Shown here piece by piece: positions 1-12,239 of a stretch of DNA of 64,000 bases. This DNA comes from Lama guanicoe (taxonomy: Eukaryota). Every line of letters starts with the position of its first letter. Positions within the stretch are counted from its first letter, which is position 1. The stretch spans positions 5,341,366-5,405,365 of the forward strand of contig MU056050.1 of NCBI GenBank assembly GCA_013239625.1, in the 5' to 3' direction. The notes under the pieces were generated by a model. The model had not been told where the DNA came from and did not search any database. It saw only the letters and a list, made by a program, of their open reading frames with translations. The translations under genes were made by a program, and so were the position numbers.

Positions 1-290
1 CTGATACTATAGGATTAATATTCTTATAAGAAGAGATGCAAGAGAGCTCACATTTCCTTGCCCCTCTAACCTTCTCTCCCCTTACCCTCTACATGCAGAG
101 AGAGAGGTTATGTGAGCACAGTGAGACTGTAGCCAACTGAAGGCAAGAGAAGAGATCTCAGGATGACATGGACCTTTCTGGCAACTTGATCTCAGAATTC
201 ACAGCATCCAGAACGGTGAGAAATAAATTTCTGTTGTTTAAGTCACCAGACTGTTTCACTTTGTTATGGTTGCCTGAGCAGATTAAGATA
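1..290 (+). mobile_element. MaLR LTR (MLT1A-like), cut by the window edge
   Basis: Typical MLT1 3' end: cttgatctcagaattcacagcatccagaacggtgagaaataaatttctgttgtttaag...gattaagata. Confidence 0.8.
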
Positions 291-296
291 GTGAGC

Positions 297-1815
297 TAAA
301 GATTCAATACAATCCTTATAAAAGTTCCAATACATCTTTGGGAAGAAATAGAAAAACCCATCATTAAATTCGTATGAAATTACAATGGACAATGAATAGC
401 CAAACAATTTTGTAAAGGAAAAACAGAGTTAAAGATCTCACAATTCCTAATTTCAAAGCTCACTACAAAGGTAGAGTAATCAAAACAGTGGGATACTTGC
501 ATAAGTATGGACATAGACCAATGAAATAGGATAATAGATAACTCCCAAATCTACTTTCACATATACGGTCAATAAATTTTTGATGAAGATGTCAAGTTTT
601 TTCCAATAAATAGTGGTGGGAAAACTGGATATCCACACATTAAATACTGAAAACTGAATCCTTACCTTAGACTACATATAAAAATTAATTAAAAATTGGT
701 TGAAGACCTAAATTTAAGGGATACAATTATAAAATCTTAGAAGGAAATATAGGAGGACAGCTTTATAACAATGAATTTGGCTGTGGTATCAAAATAATAG
801 GCATATAATAGATGAACTGGACTTCACTAAAATTAAAAACTGTGCAACAAAGGATATTATCAAGAGAGTGAAAAGAAGGCCAATAGGATAGGAGAAAATA
901 TTTGGCAAGCATATATTTGATAAGGGATTAATATTCAGAATATATAAATAACTACATTTCAACAATAAACAACCCAATTCGAAAAGAGGCAAAGGACTTA
1001 AGCAGCCATTTCTCAAAAGAAGATACATAAATTGTCAACAAGCACCTGAAAATGTGCTCAACATTGTTAGCCATTAGGGAGATATCTGCAAGTCAAAAGT
1101 ACAGTGAGATTGCATGTCATATCCACTAGGATTTGTGTCAAGAAATAAAAATGAATCAGAGAATGAATGTTGGAAAGTATGTGAAGAAACTGCAACACAT
1201 GTGCTTTGCAAGTTGGAATGTAAAATGGTGCAGGTATTGCAGAGAACACTTTGGCAGTTCCTGAAGAGCTTAAATATATAATTACCATCTCTCAGTATAT
1301 AACCAAAATAATTGAAAGCAGGAATTTAACATATACTTGTACCCTAGTGTTTATAGAAGAACAAGAATGAAGATGTGGAAACGATGCAAATGTCCATCAA
1401 CAGATAAATGTGGTATATACATACATACAATGGAATATTATCTAGCCTTAAAAATCAGTAAAACTCTGACACATGTTGCAGCATGGATAAACCTTGAAAA
1501 TACTATGCTAAAGTGAAATAAACCAGACACAAAATGACAAATATTTTATGATTCCACTTATATGAGTTCCCTACGATAGACAAACTTGTATATTCAGAAA
1601 GTAGAATACAAGTTGCCAGGGACTGGGGGGTTGGAGGATATATAAATTATTATTTAATAGATACAGAGTTTCTATTTAGAATGATAAAAAATTTCTGGAA
1701 ATGGGTAGTGGTCATGGTTGTACAGCATTGTGAATGTGCATGACGCCACTGTATAGTACATTTAAACGTGGTTAAAACAGTAAACTTTGTTATATCTATG
1801 ATCACACAATAAAAT
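297..1815 (+). mobile_element. LINE-1 ORF2 3' part and 3'UTR (L1MB-like), degenerate
   Basis: ORF2 motifs (tttcaaagctcactacaaaggtagagtaatcaaaacagtg) and terminal ggttaaaacagtaaactttgttatat...cacaataaaa. Confidence 0.85.
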
Positions 1816-3899
1816 GAAACAATATTTATGCACATTAAGGTTTTTGAATTACTGATATTTAAAAATAAAGCTTAGTAATAAGCACAATAACATCTATTTA
1901 AAGAGAGGTATAGAGTGGGACAGCAAAATATTCTAGAATATATTGCATCAACATTTTCACTAATTATTTAGCCAGCAACCCTGAAATTTACAGATTATAC
2001 AGAGAGAAAAAGTGGATATTTTGCATGTTATAATCATGGTTCAGATTTGTCTTGACAGGATGAAGTAATATTGAGAAGATGAAACTCATCAGGAATCTAA
2101 CAAACTGCACAAATTTAGAATGGTAGAATTTAAAAAATTTATTCAGGGGGTTAATTCAACAGCAAATTTTAAATGAGTATTTGAATAAACAAAAAAAACC
2201 TCACCATAAGTTAGGGAATAAAGGAATTATTAAAGAAATTAACATTTGCATAGTCTTGGGAAGTGTTGGGCAGTAAAGATCTACAATGGTAGTGATAGTC
2301 TCAGTGGTGTCATCAGTCAATTAGAGAAGCTAGAAAAGTAAAGTCGCCCAATGTGGGATGGCAAAAGGATAGCTGGTGGAGAAATCTTCGGTGATACATT
2401 GCCTCTGTGGGCTTAGGAATGCTATTGGTCAACAGGACCAACAGTAAGGAAGGAGAGCTGAAAACAGAATAGAGTAGGGCAAGGACAAATTGGAACGCAT
2501 TGACATCTCTGTGTCATCATATCTAGCAACTGCCTATCTTCAGGGAATTATGGCTGTTACTTATAAATATCATGAAAATTTGTATTTTGGTAAATATCAA
2601 CACAGAAGGATCTATCTGATCACTAATTCTCTGCTCAGTATTGTTTTTCACTACTTTGCAAAATTTCTGTTGACCAGACTAAGTTCATTGATTTTTTTCT
2701 TCTACGGTGTCTGGTCTGCTGCTGATCTGAAAAGTTTACACTGCCCATATTATAATTTTCAATTCTAGAATTTCCATTTCTTCTCTGGAATTTCCATATC
2801 ACTCATGATATATCATATATGTTCATCCATTCTGTTCAATTTTTTAACGTAAAGTCATTACCGTGTTTTTTCAAGTGTTTATAAATTCCTTGACTGCTAA
2901 TTAAAATATCTGTTATATTTGGCTTTGCTTTTGCTGCCCGTTTTTTATTGCAAAGTCTTCTACCTTTTTTATGATTCTTAGGTTTTAATCTTATGTTGGA
3001 CATTGTCTACTGAAGAACAGTAGAGACTGAAGTGTAATATATTTGTTTGGTGCCTGGAAAATGTAAACTTTTTTCTCTGTCAAGTGACTAGGTTAAGAGA
3101 ATGATCATTTAAATTCTTCTCCCCACCAAAAATGTTTTGCTGAGCAGGCTACGGGTTACTGTTTTAACTAGATGATGTTTCCTTGCAGTTTTAAATGAGG
3201 TTAAGGAGTTCTCTCATTGCTCTTAAATCCAACATACAAGTTGCCCTGCTGAGAAGCTGGTCTGTTTGATCTTGTCCATATTTGAGTCTGTAATAAGTTC
3301 AGTTATGTCCTTAGCTTTGACTCAGATATAGATTCACCTTTAGCAAGGCCCTGGAATAGAAGCATAACCAACTTGCCTAATACTACAACATCTCTATTTG
3401 ATATCACAGTTTACTTCCACTACAATTTAGTTAACAAAATTTCTAGAATGGGGTGGAGGGTGTTTGAACTGCTAGGCTGAGCAATTTATTATTGTGTTTG
3501 AAAATCTTTTTAAGTCCAATCCATTATACCAGCCTATACTGAAGTTTTGACCTGTTTTTTTCCTCTACCTTGTAAAGTCCTATATATGTCACACTCACTA
3601 TTTCTACACATGCCTGAAACTTCTAGAACCATACTAAATATAGGCTGTTACATGATTGTCTGAGAGAAGCCACTGGTTTTTCTTACATATGAACCCAGAT
3701 CTCTCTGAACTTAAATTCATTAAGATATTTTTGCGTCTACTGTGCTCTGATAGAGTTGAAGAAAATATGGTTATTACCTTATCCATTATTCTTTGTTGTT
3801 ACCATGGCCACGATTGGATGTGGCAACTTTCCACAACATAAACCAAAATAAATTCCAACTTATACATTCATGTTGATGAAAAAATTGATAAAATATTAA

Positions 3900-4650
3900 A
3901 ATATATAACTTAAATGTATATCAAAAAATATGTTACATGATATAGTAAAATTGCAAAGATCAATTCTGTATTGGAAGAGAAGAGACATAATTATGTTTAA
4001 CTGCAGATAATTGGATTTTTAACAGGAAAACCCAAGAGAGTATAAAAAATTAGAAAAATTAAGTAACTTTCTAGCTTATAAGATTAAAATATAGAATAAT
4101 TATTCCCATTTCTAAAAATCAGTTAAAATTTGATGCAGTAAGATAGCTCATCCACAATAATGAGAAAACCTTACAATACCAAAGATTAAATTTAATACAA
4201 AAATTAGATAACCTTATGAAGTAAACTATAGTAGCCTATTTAAGGACACAAGGTCTGAAAAGCTTAAAATAAATATTCCATGTTTCTGGACAAGAAGATA
4301 TAATAAAATTCTCCCTTTTTTCTTTCTGAACTTCAGAGGATGATTGTAAAATTAATAGAAAATAGTATTTATCATAGAAGAGAAAAACATTTTAAAAAGA
4401 ATATAAATATCATCAATTAATACCTGACAAAGGAGTAAAGGCAGCACAATGAGGAAAGAATAGGATTTTTAACAAATGGAGATGGGACAATTGGATATAA
4501 ACATTCAAAAAAATGAACTGAGATACAGACTTTACATTTTTCACAAAAATTAACTCAAAATAGATCATAGCTTGAAATGTAAAATGCAAAAGTGTAAGAT
4601 TTTTAGGAGATAACACAGAAGAAAATCTAGATGGCCTTGGAGAAGGCATA
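3900..4650 (+). mobile_element. Old LINE-1 ORF2 fragments
   Basis: cacaaaaattaactcaaaatagatcatagcttgaaatgtaaaa...gaagaaaatctagatggccttgg; best preserved at 4413-4648. Confidence 0.65.
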
Positions 4651-5069
4651 ATGATGGGGCCTAGAGTTTGGTGAAGGAGAGAGTCCTTGTCACAAGTAAC
4701 AAGGATGCTTAGAGTTAAAGGGTGGGAGAACAGATATTACCCTATTAAAAGGAAGAACTTAAAAGTCACACTGGAAAGGACCCAAATACAAAGATGGGTG
4801 AAGAATTGGGGAATTTTTACAATTAGTGTACATTTTTACAGTTAGTTTACTTCACTAAAGAACTAGTATTCACTTCTAACCAGTGTGGTTCAAGAAATTG
4901 TATTTTTGCAAGCCCCACTTGGATAATCTTCTGCATCTGTTGCACCACTGTGATGGTGCTTTGTAATAGCGTGGTCCCAACTGTGTTTCAAGCATTTTGT
5001 TTCTAAATTGTTGAATATTTTTTCTTATAAAAGCCAAGTGGACCTGAATACTCAGGTCTTTGAACTCAG

Positions 5070-5265
5070 TAAGAGTTAAGCCTCTGGAAGCAGACTGTTT
5101 TCGTTTGAATTTGTGAGTGTCATTAACTAACTACATGGACATAGACAAGAACTGACATCTAGAAAATAAAAATAATAAAAACAATTAACTTATAGTATTG
5201 CTTCATTAAATGTCATATTGCAAGAAAATAATTTAGCAAAATGCAACACAAGCAATAAATAAAGG
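5070..5265 (+). mobile_element. MIR SINE
   Basis: gttaagcctctggaagcagactg...gtttgaat...actaactacatggac resembles the MIR 5' core. Confidence 0.5.
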
Positions 5266-6557
5266 TTATCTAATATCTAAATCACAAAACTTAAAAAATT
5301 TCCTGTTGCTAAAAGTCTAACAATTATTAACAATATCCTCTTCCTACTGATTTTTAGGAATGCTTACATTTCCACAAGTCTGTTTACATGTTGCTTGTCC
5401 TTTGAAATAGCCTCAATTTCAAGGCCTGTGTTCCACTCCTTGGCAAGTCATATTAGACATTGTGGGACCAGCTAATTTCTGACATGAATTCCCCCCTGGG
5501 AATCCTTAAATCCTCTTGGGAATATATCCCAACATTCCACACAGTGATAGCTGACAACAAGCTTCAAAAATTAAGTTCCAGTGATAGATCAGAAATAATA
5601 CAACAGAATATCATTATAGGAACCTGAAAAATCAGATACCCATCAGATATTGTGAAGTTTCAAGAGGTTAATTTGCATTTTTACATTTTGTTTTGCATTT
5701 TATCTTTTTAATTTTATTGTTAAGCTAGAAAAATATCAAAAATTTAGAGTAAATACCATGATTACTGAATTTTTTTGCACATAAAATATTCCTGTTTTAC
5801 AAATAATAAGTAATATTCTATCTCTATTTATGTGTTATTTCTTTTTCTTCCCTATCAATTTGCCTTTGTCTCCACACTTTATACTACATTTGTTTCTCTT
5901 ATTTTCCCTTTTTATCCTTTGCTTTCATATGACACAGGTTTTTTGTGTTTTTAAATAATTTCTACCAGTCTTCCAATCTTCCCTTTATTTCTTTTATAAC
6001 TCCTGAGATGTTAGCCTGTTTTAAATTGTTCTCCTTTACTTCAAATGTTTAATTTTAGGAAACTGAACAAGACCTGTCAATTCTTCCAAGGAAAGAGGTA
6101 ACAGGCAAGATTGTGATTGTAGGGAAAGGCTGCCAGAATTAAGAGTGCTTCCAATGAAGAAAAATGGGAAAGAAATAGTATTTTTCACGTAATTACAATG
6201 TGTGTACTCAAGAATGACATGATCTTTCTCTTTGTTGACAAATTTAAGTACAAATTCGAAGAATTATTCACATAATTTTGACAAGCATAACAACAGTCTT
6301 GCCTATGTAAAGTTTTCTAATTCTCTACCTGAAAGATGCATAATGCATTGAAAGAAAGTAAACTTAGGATTTTTTTCCTAATTTATTGTTGAAATCTTTA
6401 GGAAGCCAAATAACCTGTTTCTCTTTACTTAAAAGTAAGTGAAGGAAAATATTTGTAAGAAAGTAAAATACTTATATAATATTACAAACTTTTAAAACAG
6501 CTTTTATAGAAAGATTATTAAATATCAGGTGCTGTGATAAATACTTAGATGGCTTTA

Positions 6558-6674
6558 TTTATCTGGGGGGGTAACTGGGTTTATTTATTTATTTTAATGG
6601 AGATACTGGGGATCAAACCCATGACCACGTGCATGCTAAGAATGTGCTCTACCACTAAGCTATGCCCACTCCCC
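6558..6674 (-). mobile_element. Vic-1-type camelid tRNA-derived SINE
   Basis: Minus strand GGGGAGTGGGCATAGCTTAGTGGTAGAGCAC...GGGTTTGATCCCCAGTATCTCC plus AAAT/TTACCCCCC tail; 12-bp TSD tagatggYttta (6546-6557, 6675-6686). Confidence 0.8.
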
Positions 6675-6760
6675 TAGATGGTTTTAAATTAATTCTCATG
6701 ATAATTTTCAGCAATCTGTTATCATTATAGCCATTGTGTAGAATGAGGATTCTGATGCAT

Positions 6761-7126
6761 TATCTTACACTGTTCAGGATGCTATAACAAAATTAACATA
6801 GGATGGGTGGCTTAAGGAACAGAAATTTATTTCTCACAGTACTCAAGGCAGGGAAGCCCAAGATCAAGGTAACAGCAAATTTGGTGTCTGGTGGGGACCC
6901 ATTTTTTGGTTGACAGATGCTCATCTTTTTGCTGTGTCCTCACATAGTGGAAGGGGTGATGGTGCTCTCCAGGATCTCTTTTATAAGGTGGCTAAGCTCA
7001 TTCATGAAAGCTCTACCCTCATGGCCTAATTACTTCCCAAAGGCCCTGTATCCAAATACCATCATAGCGGAGATTAGGTTTAAATATATGAATTCTGGGG
7101 AGAACATAAACCCTGGGATGACAGCA
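6761..7126 (-). mobile_element. MLT1A-like LTR inserted into a MIR (MIR pieces about 6690-6760 and 7127-7225)
   Basis: gctataacaaaa...ggtggcttaaggaacagaaatttatttctcacagt...aagatcaagg; MIR-like sequence resumes on both sides. Confidence 0.8.
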
Positions 7127-7339
7127 GGCACTGAAAGTTAGGTAATTGTGTCAAGTCTGCATAGCTAGTAGATGGGGGAAAAAGGATTGAGAAACCTGAT
7201 CTCTTTGGCACCAATACCCATGCTATTAATTTCATTAAGTGCACATACATACTCACCACAGTGAATCTTGCCAATGCCACAGAGCAAAGCATAATCATAC
7301 CAGTGATAACTTCCAAAGCTATGACATAGTCTTTGCTTT

Positions 7340-7540
7340 TGTTCAGTTTTCAGCTTTACCATTTTCTAGCTATGCGATCTTTGGAAAATTTTGGAAACTA
7401 ATCTATTATCTATGCTTGCATCTGTGAAATAAGAATAATTAGAGCATCTCTCAGACATAATTATTAAAATAATTAAATCATTTAACATATAAAACACCTT
7501 CAATACCATGTAGCACATAATGAAGCACTATATAACTGGT
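7340..7540 (+). mobile_element. MIR SINE
   Basis: cagctttaccattttctagctatgcgatctttggaaaatt...catctgtgaaataagaataat...gcacataatgaagcact. Confidence 0.65.
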
Positions 7541-7559
7541 TCTCTTTGTGTTTCCTATT

Positions 7560-8200
7560 TGCATAACTTGCATTTATCCCTCTTCAAGTTCACTGATTTT
7601 TTTCTGGACTATGTCAAGTCTACTAATGAGTCTGTTGAAGGCAATCTTTATCTTCTTTACTTTGCTCTTTACTTATAGCTTTTCATGATTTTTTCTTATA
7701 AATTTCATCCCTTTGATGACTTTACTGATTGGATCTTGAATATTATCTGTCTTCCATTGGAATATTCATCATATTAATCATAATTATTCCCAATTCTCTG
7801 TCAGATAGTTTCAACATTCTGTGTCATATGTTAGTCTGGCTCTGATTATTACTTCTGATGATTGCTTTGTTTTTGGAGAATGTGCTTTGCTTACCTTTTC
7901 ATATACTTTAAAATTTTTGCTGTTGGAGAAAGTTGTACATCTTGTTTAGGAAGAGTAAATAGTTTTATTGCCTGAATGTGAGCATGTATTTCGTTCTCCT
8001 AGTCTAGAATCTATGTGGATGACAATCTAGTTAGGAGTTTGGCTGTAATTGAAGTTTGTTATACCTATGGTCACCCTCAAGATCCAAATTTTTGCTGGCA
8101 TTCCTTGTGTTAGTGTGTAGAGTGGTAGTTTGCAAGACTATGAAGAAAGCCTTCAACAGGCTCCTCAGCTCACCTACACAATCAAGGAAAGACTATACTA
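7560..8200 (-). mobile_element. Old LINE-1 5'/ORF1 region
   Basis: tcttcaagttcactgattttttt...agtctactaatgagtctgttgaaggcaatc resembles antisense old L1 ORF1 sequence. Confidence 0.55.
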
Positions 8201-8915
8201 TGTTTATTTTATAATTTTACACATAATAATACATATTTTATACAATAGATTTTTTAGTAATCATGTTTTTTCATTTTGTATTATATTAGGAAGAGATAAC
8301 ATGAGGCCTACCCTCTAAATTTTTGTCTGATAACAGTATTATTAATTATTAGCACAATGTGTGCAGATTGTATGATTTTAATATATATGTAAATTTATAT
8401 AAAATTTCTTTCAAAGTTTTTTGGCAAACTAAATCAAAGACAACCATGATGTATCATAACCTTTATAGCACACATAGAATAAAATATTTGAAAGCATGAG
8501 CACACGAATTTTGAGTGTGGGTAAAAGAAACTACACTGTTCTAATAATATTTTGTTGTTTATGTAATGTAGTAGTATTTTTGAATGACCACCTTAATGAG
8601 TTAAAATTCTAATGCAATCTCCAGAGAAACTACTATAAAGATGAATAGTTTCAATTGAAAAAAAAAGACTCACGTTGATTACAAAGGTGGGAAAATCCTG
8701 TCATGTAAGCATGAGCTGTAAGCAAGCTTATACGGCATAGGAATATCAAACAAAATTGAAGTCAACAGGGATTATGTCCAGAGACATAGAAGGAAATTTT
8801 ATTATAATAGAATGAGTTAGTTGTGACAACATAAACTAAATAGATTTTTATATTCATCTTTCATATTCTTATTAGAGGTAGATAGAACATTTATCAAAAG
8901 AATATATGCTGCTAC

Positions 8916-9257
8916 AGTAAAAATTAAAAAACAGAAACCTTAATTAAATGGAGTCAGTAGACCAGAAGGGGAAGCGCTCATGCCCTGTGATGATAGCAGA
9001 GCCTAACAGTAAGAAGAAAGACTCCTTTTCTTTTCTGACAAGGACTCAGGCAATGAAAAGCCATGAACTCTTTGTTTACCATAGCCCTGCAACTCCCGTT
9101 TGATCTCTATGAAAGAGTTCCCTTTCCCTTGCTATTCAGGGGGACTTGCACTTAGCTGATAGAGGTTGCAGATCCTGAGTTGTAATTCTTTGCTCATCCC
9201 AAATAAACCCATTTTTGTTGGAGAAATAAGTGGCAGTCTATATATTTTAGGTCAACA
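8916..9257 (+). mobile_element. Solo ERV1-class LTR
   Basis: AATAAA near 9203, terminal ttttaggtcaaCA, TATA-like ctctatgaaag; inserted within L1-like sequence. Confidence 0.6.
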
Positions 9258-11099
9258 GTATATACTGTGTCTCAGTCACTTTCAAGAAGGAAATCATACA
9301 GCTAATATTATTTAACCAAATGAGATTAAAATAGAAATTTATTGCAATAAAATACCTAGAATCTTGAAATTATTTAGAGTAACGGAGTATATGGGGATTC
9401 TCTGCATTCTCCTCTCCATTTTTGATACATTTAAAACAAATGCTGCTAATTAAAAATAACTGAAAAAGTCACAGTCGTTCTTGTCACAAACATCAATAAT
9501 TTTCTTCAAACTGAAATCAGTTCTCATTTATGCCAACATGTAAATCCAATAAAATTTCAGTAGAATTATGTGGTGTATGTTTTATACACTGAATTGTGGA
9601 AGCATGCATATGAAATAAAAATAAATTCAGCTTATAGGGATTTTATCATCCATTCACATTTATAATCCTTTTCCAAAAACTTACCACAAAGTTCAAATAT
9701 GTTTTGTTTCAAAAACTTCAATGATCTTTACTATAAACCTCACATTATTGCCATAAAACTTTGTAAATAGTCATTATTGTTACAAATATGTTCATCAACA
9801 GATGTTTTAAGGGATAAAATGACTCAACTCAGGAAACATGCAATTTGACTTGTCACAAGGTATGGAATCTCAAAAATAAAGAAAATACATTAGATTCTGC
9901 TTCCAGGGCAGCTAAAAATAAGACTTCTGGTTCTATCTGATTTCTTCTCATTAATTTGGTAAGTATGTAAATTGAGAGGAGATGCTATTTATTTTTAAAG
10001 ATCTATATCTCTATAGTCAGAGAATAATTTTTAAAAGAAGTCAAGTTGTGTGTGTCATAAATTTAATTTTGCTATTCGATTTTGGAAACAAATTATAAAT
10101 GGAAATAGTGTTTTTCGTACCATGGAATTATGGTAAAAACTGATGCAATACTAAACCAGAGTAGCAAAAAAATGTTTATTTCCCATCACTTATGAACGTC
10201 ATTTAAAAAGAAAAGCATGCATTAGTGGAAAGAGCTTCTCTAGATGCTAACTGTAGTGGGATATTGGAAATTAATGATTAAACACACACACATTAATTGA
10301 CATTGCAGGAAGCAGTCTGTCAGTGATGCATTATAGGGAACTGAGACTCTCAGTATTGGGGAGCTAGAAAGCTACTACTGTTGAAAATTAAAGGAAATTA
10401 AGACTGAAAGAAATAAAAATTCAACTACCATAAAGTCCTGCAGAGAAATTTTTTTTCTCTGAACAAGATAGAATTCCAGTTAATTTGGAACACACTTATT
10501 ACACCTCCCAAACCACACCAAAAGCCTGCAAATAGTGACCACAGAAATAACAAACTTCACACAGAACAATAAAAACAATGAAAAGAGATTCCACCTTCCA
10601 ATAATCTTAGGATTATTTGAGTAGGCACTTTGTATAACACTCCGGTTGAGAACAGACAGATTTGGATTAAATATATCTATGTTTATATATTTTATCAACA
10701 TCAGTATCTACTTACACACACATTTACATATCACTGTATCCACTGATTTGAAGGCATCTAAAAACTAACAAGGTAGAAAAATATTTTGGCACCAAGATTC
10801 AGGGAAAATATTCTGAGATGTCAGACTGGAATTTGGCCCACTTTTCCTTCGGGACATCTATGCATATACCTGTGTGGCTGTAAAATAGATGGAGATTCTG
10901 AAATATTTATAGCAATGGGGGCCAAATGGAATTTAAGGGCTAGAGAAAAATTGAATAATAAAAAATATCCATCCCAGGGTCTAGAAACAATTAAAACTAT
11001 CCCAAATTCTAATTCTCTTAAAGTGGCTTTTTAAAAATTATTTGCCTGGCACTGGAAACGCAATTCCTTTTAGATAATCACAACATTATCTAGAGTATC

Positions 11100-12200
11100 A
11101 AAGTATTTCTACAGTGTTTATATACAACACCCAATTCACAATAAAAAATATTGAAGCATTTGAGAAAAGAAGATGATGTGATTAATAACCAAGAGATTAT
11201 AGAAGAAAATGAAAACAGATCCACAGGCTATTATAAATGTATTAAGACTGTGCAGGATAAAATAGCCAAAATGAATATAAAGATAGGAGAGTTAAAGAGA
11301 GAAATTGATCTTTTGTCAAATAATCAATTAGAAATTACAGAACTTAAAAAAAAAAATCTGAATACGCATTCATTGTAAAGTCTTTACAGGTACTACAGAA
11401 TACCACAGAAGAAGGCATTCTTGAATCTGAAGCACAGGTTAAAAAGAAAATAAATCAGTGTTTGACACCACTATGAGTAATATCAAATGATTTAATATAT
11501 GTGTAATGGGATTCTCAGAAGTGAAGGAGGGCAACAATAGGGAAGATGAAGTATTTGAAGACATAATAGATATTTTCACATAACAAAGAGACAATAAATA
11601 CAGATGTAGAAAGCTAAGCAATCCAAAGAATAAATATATAGAATACAGCTATGTACACCACTGTCAAACTGGAGAAAACCAAGTATGCAGGTAATATCTT
11701 CAAGATAGAAAAAAACAACACTGCTTTTAGAAAAGGAATAATAAGTAACATTGTTGACTTCTCACAAGAAACAATGACAATAAATAAATCTTTAAAATGT
11801 TGAGGGAAGAAAAAAAAACCCTGTCAACTTGTAATTCAGTATCTAGCAAGTGTATCTTTAAAAAACTAAGGAAAAACAGACATATTCAAATGAAAAATGA
11901 GAGAATACATCTTAGCTGACAGTAATTAAAAACAGTCATAAAAAGAAGTTATCAGTTTTAAAGGAAATAATCCAGACAGTAACTTGGATCAATAACAATT
12001 AATGAAGAGAACCAAAAATATTATTTATATAGGTGAATATAAAATTATATTTTGAAAACATTTAGTTTTTTGAAAATAAAACAAAAAATAATAAACATAT
12101 TTTGAGGTTTATAACAGGCATTTTTGGAAATAAATATGGGGAAAAATGGTAAACATTTCATAAGGTTAAGATGTAGAATAATACTAATTCTTGCATTGAA
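11100..12200 (+). mobile_element. Old LINE-1 ORF1 region
   Basis: A-rich coiled-coil remnant (ORF 11151..11378 NQLEITELKK) and aatatatgtgtaatgggattctcagaa. Confidence 0.6.
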
Positions 12201-12239
12201 TATAAAGTTGAATAATATTAGTTAATGATATATTTCCCT

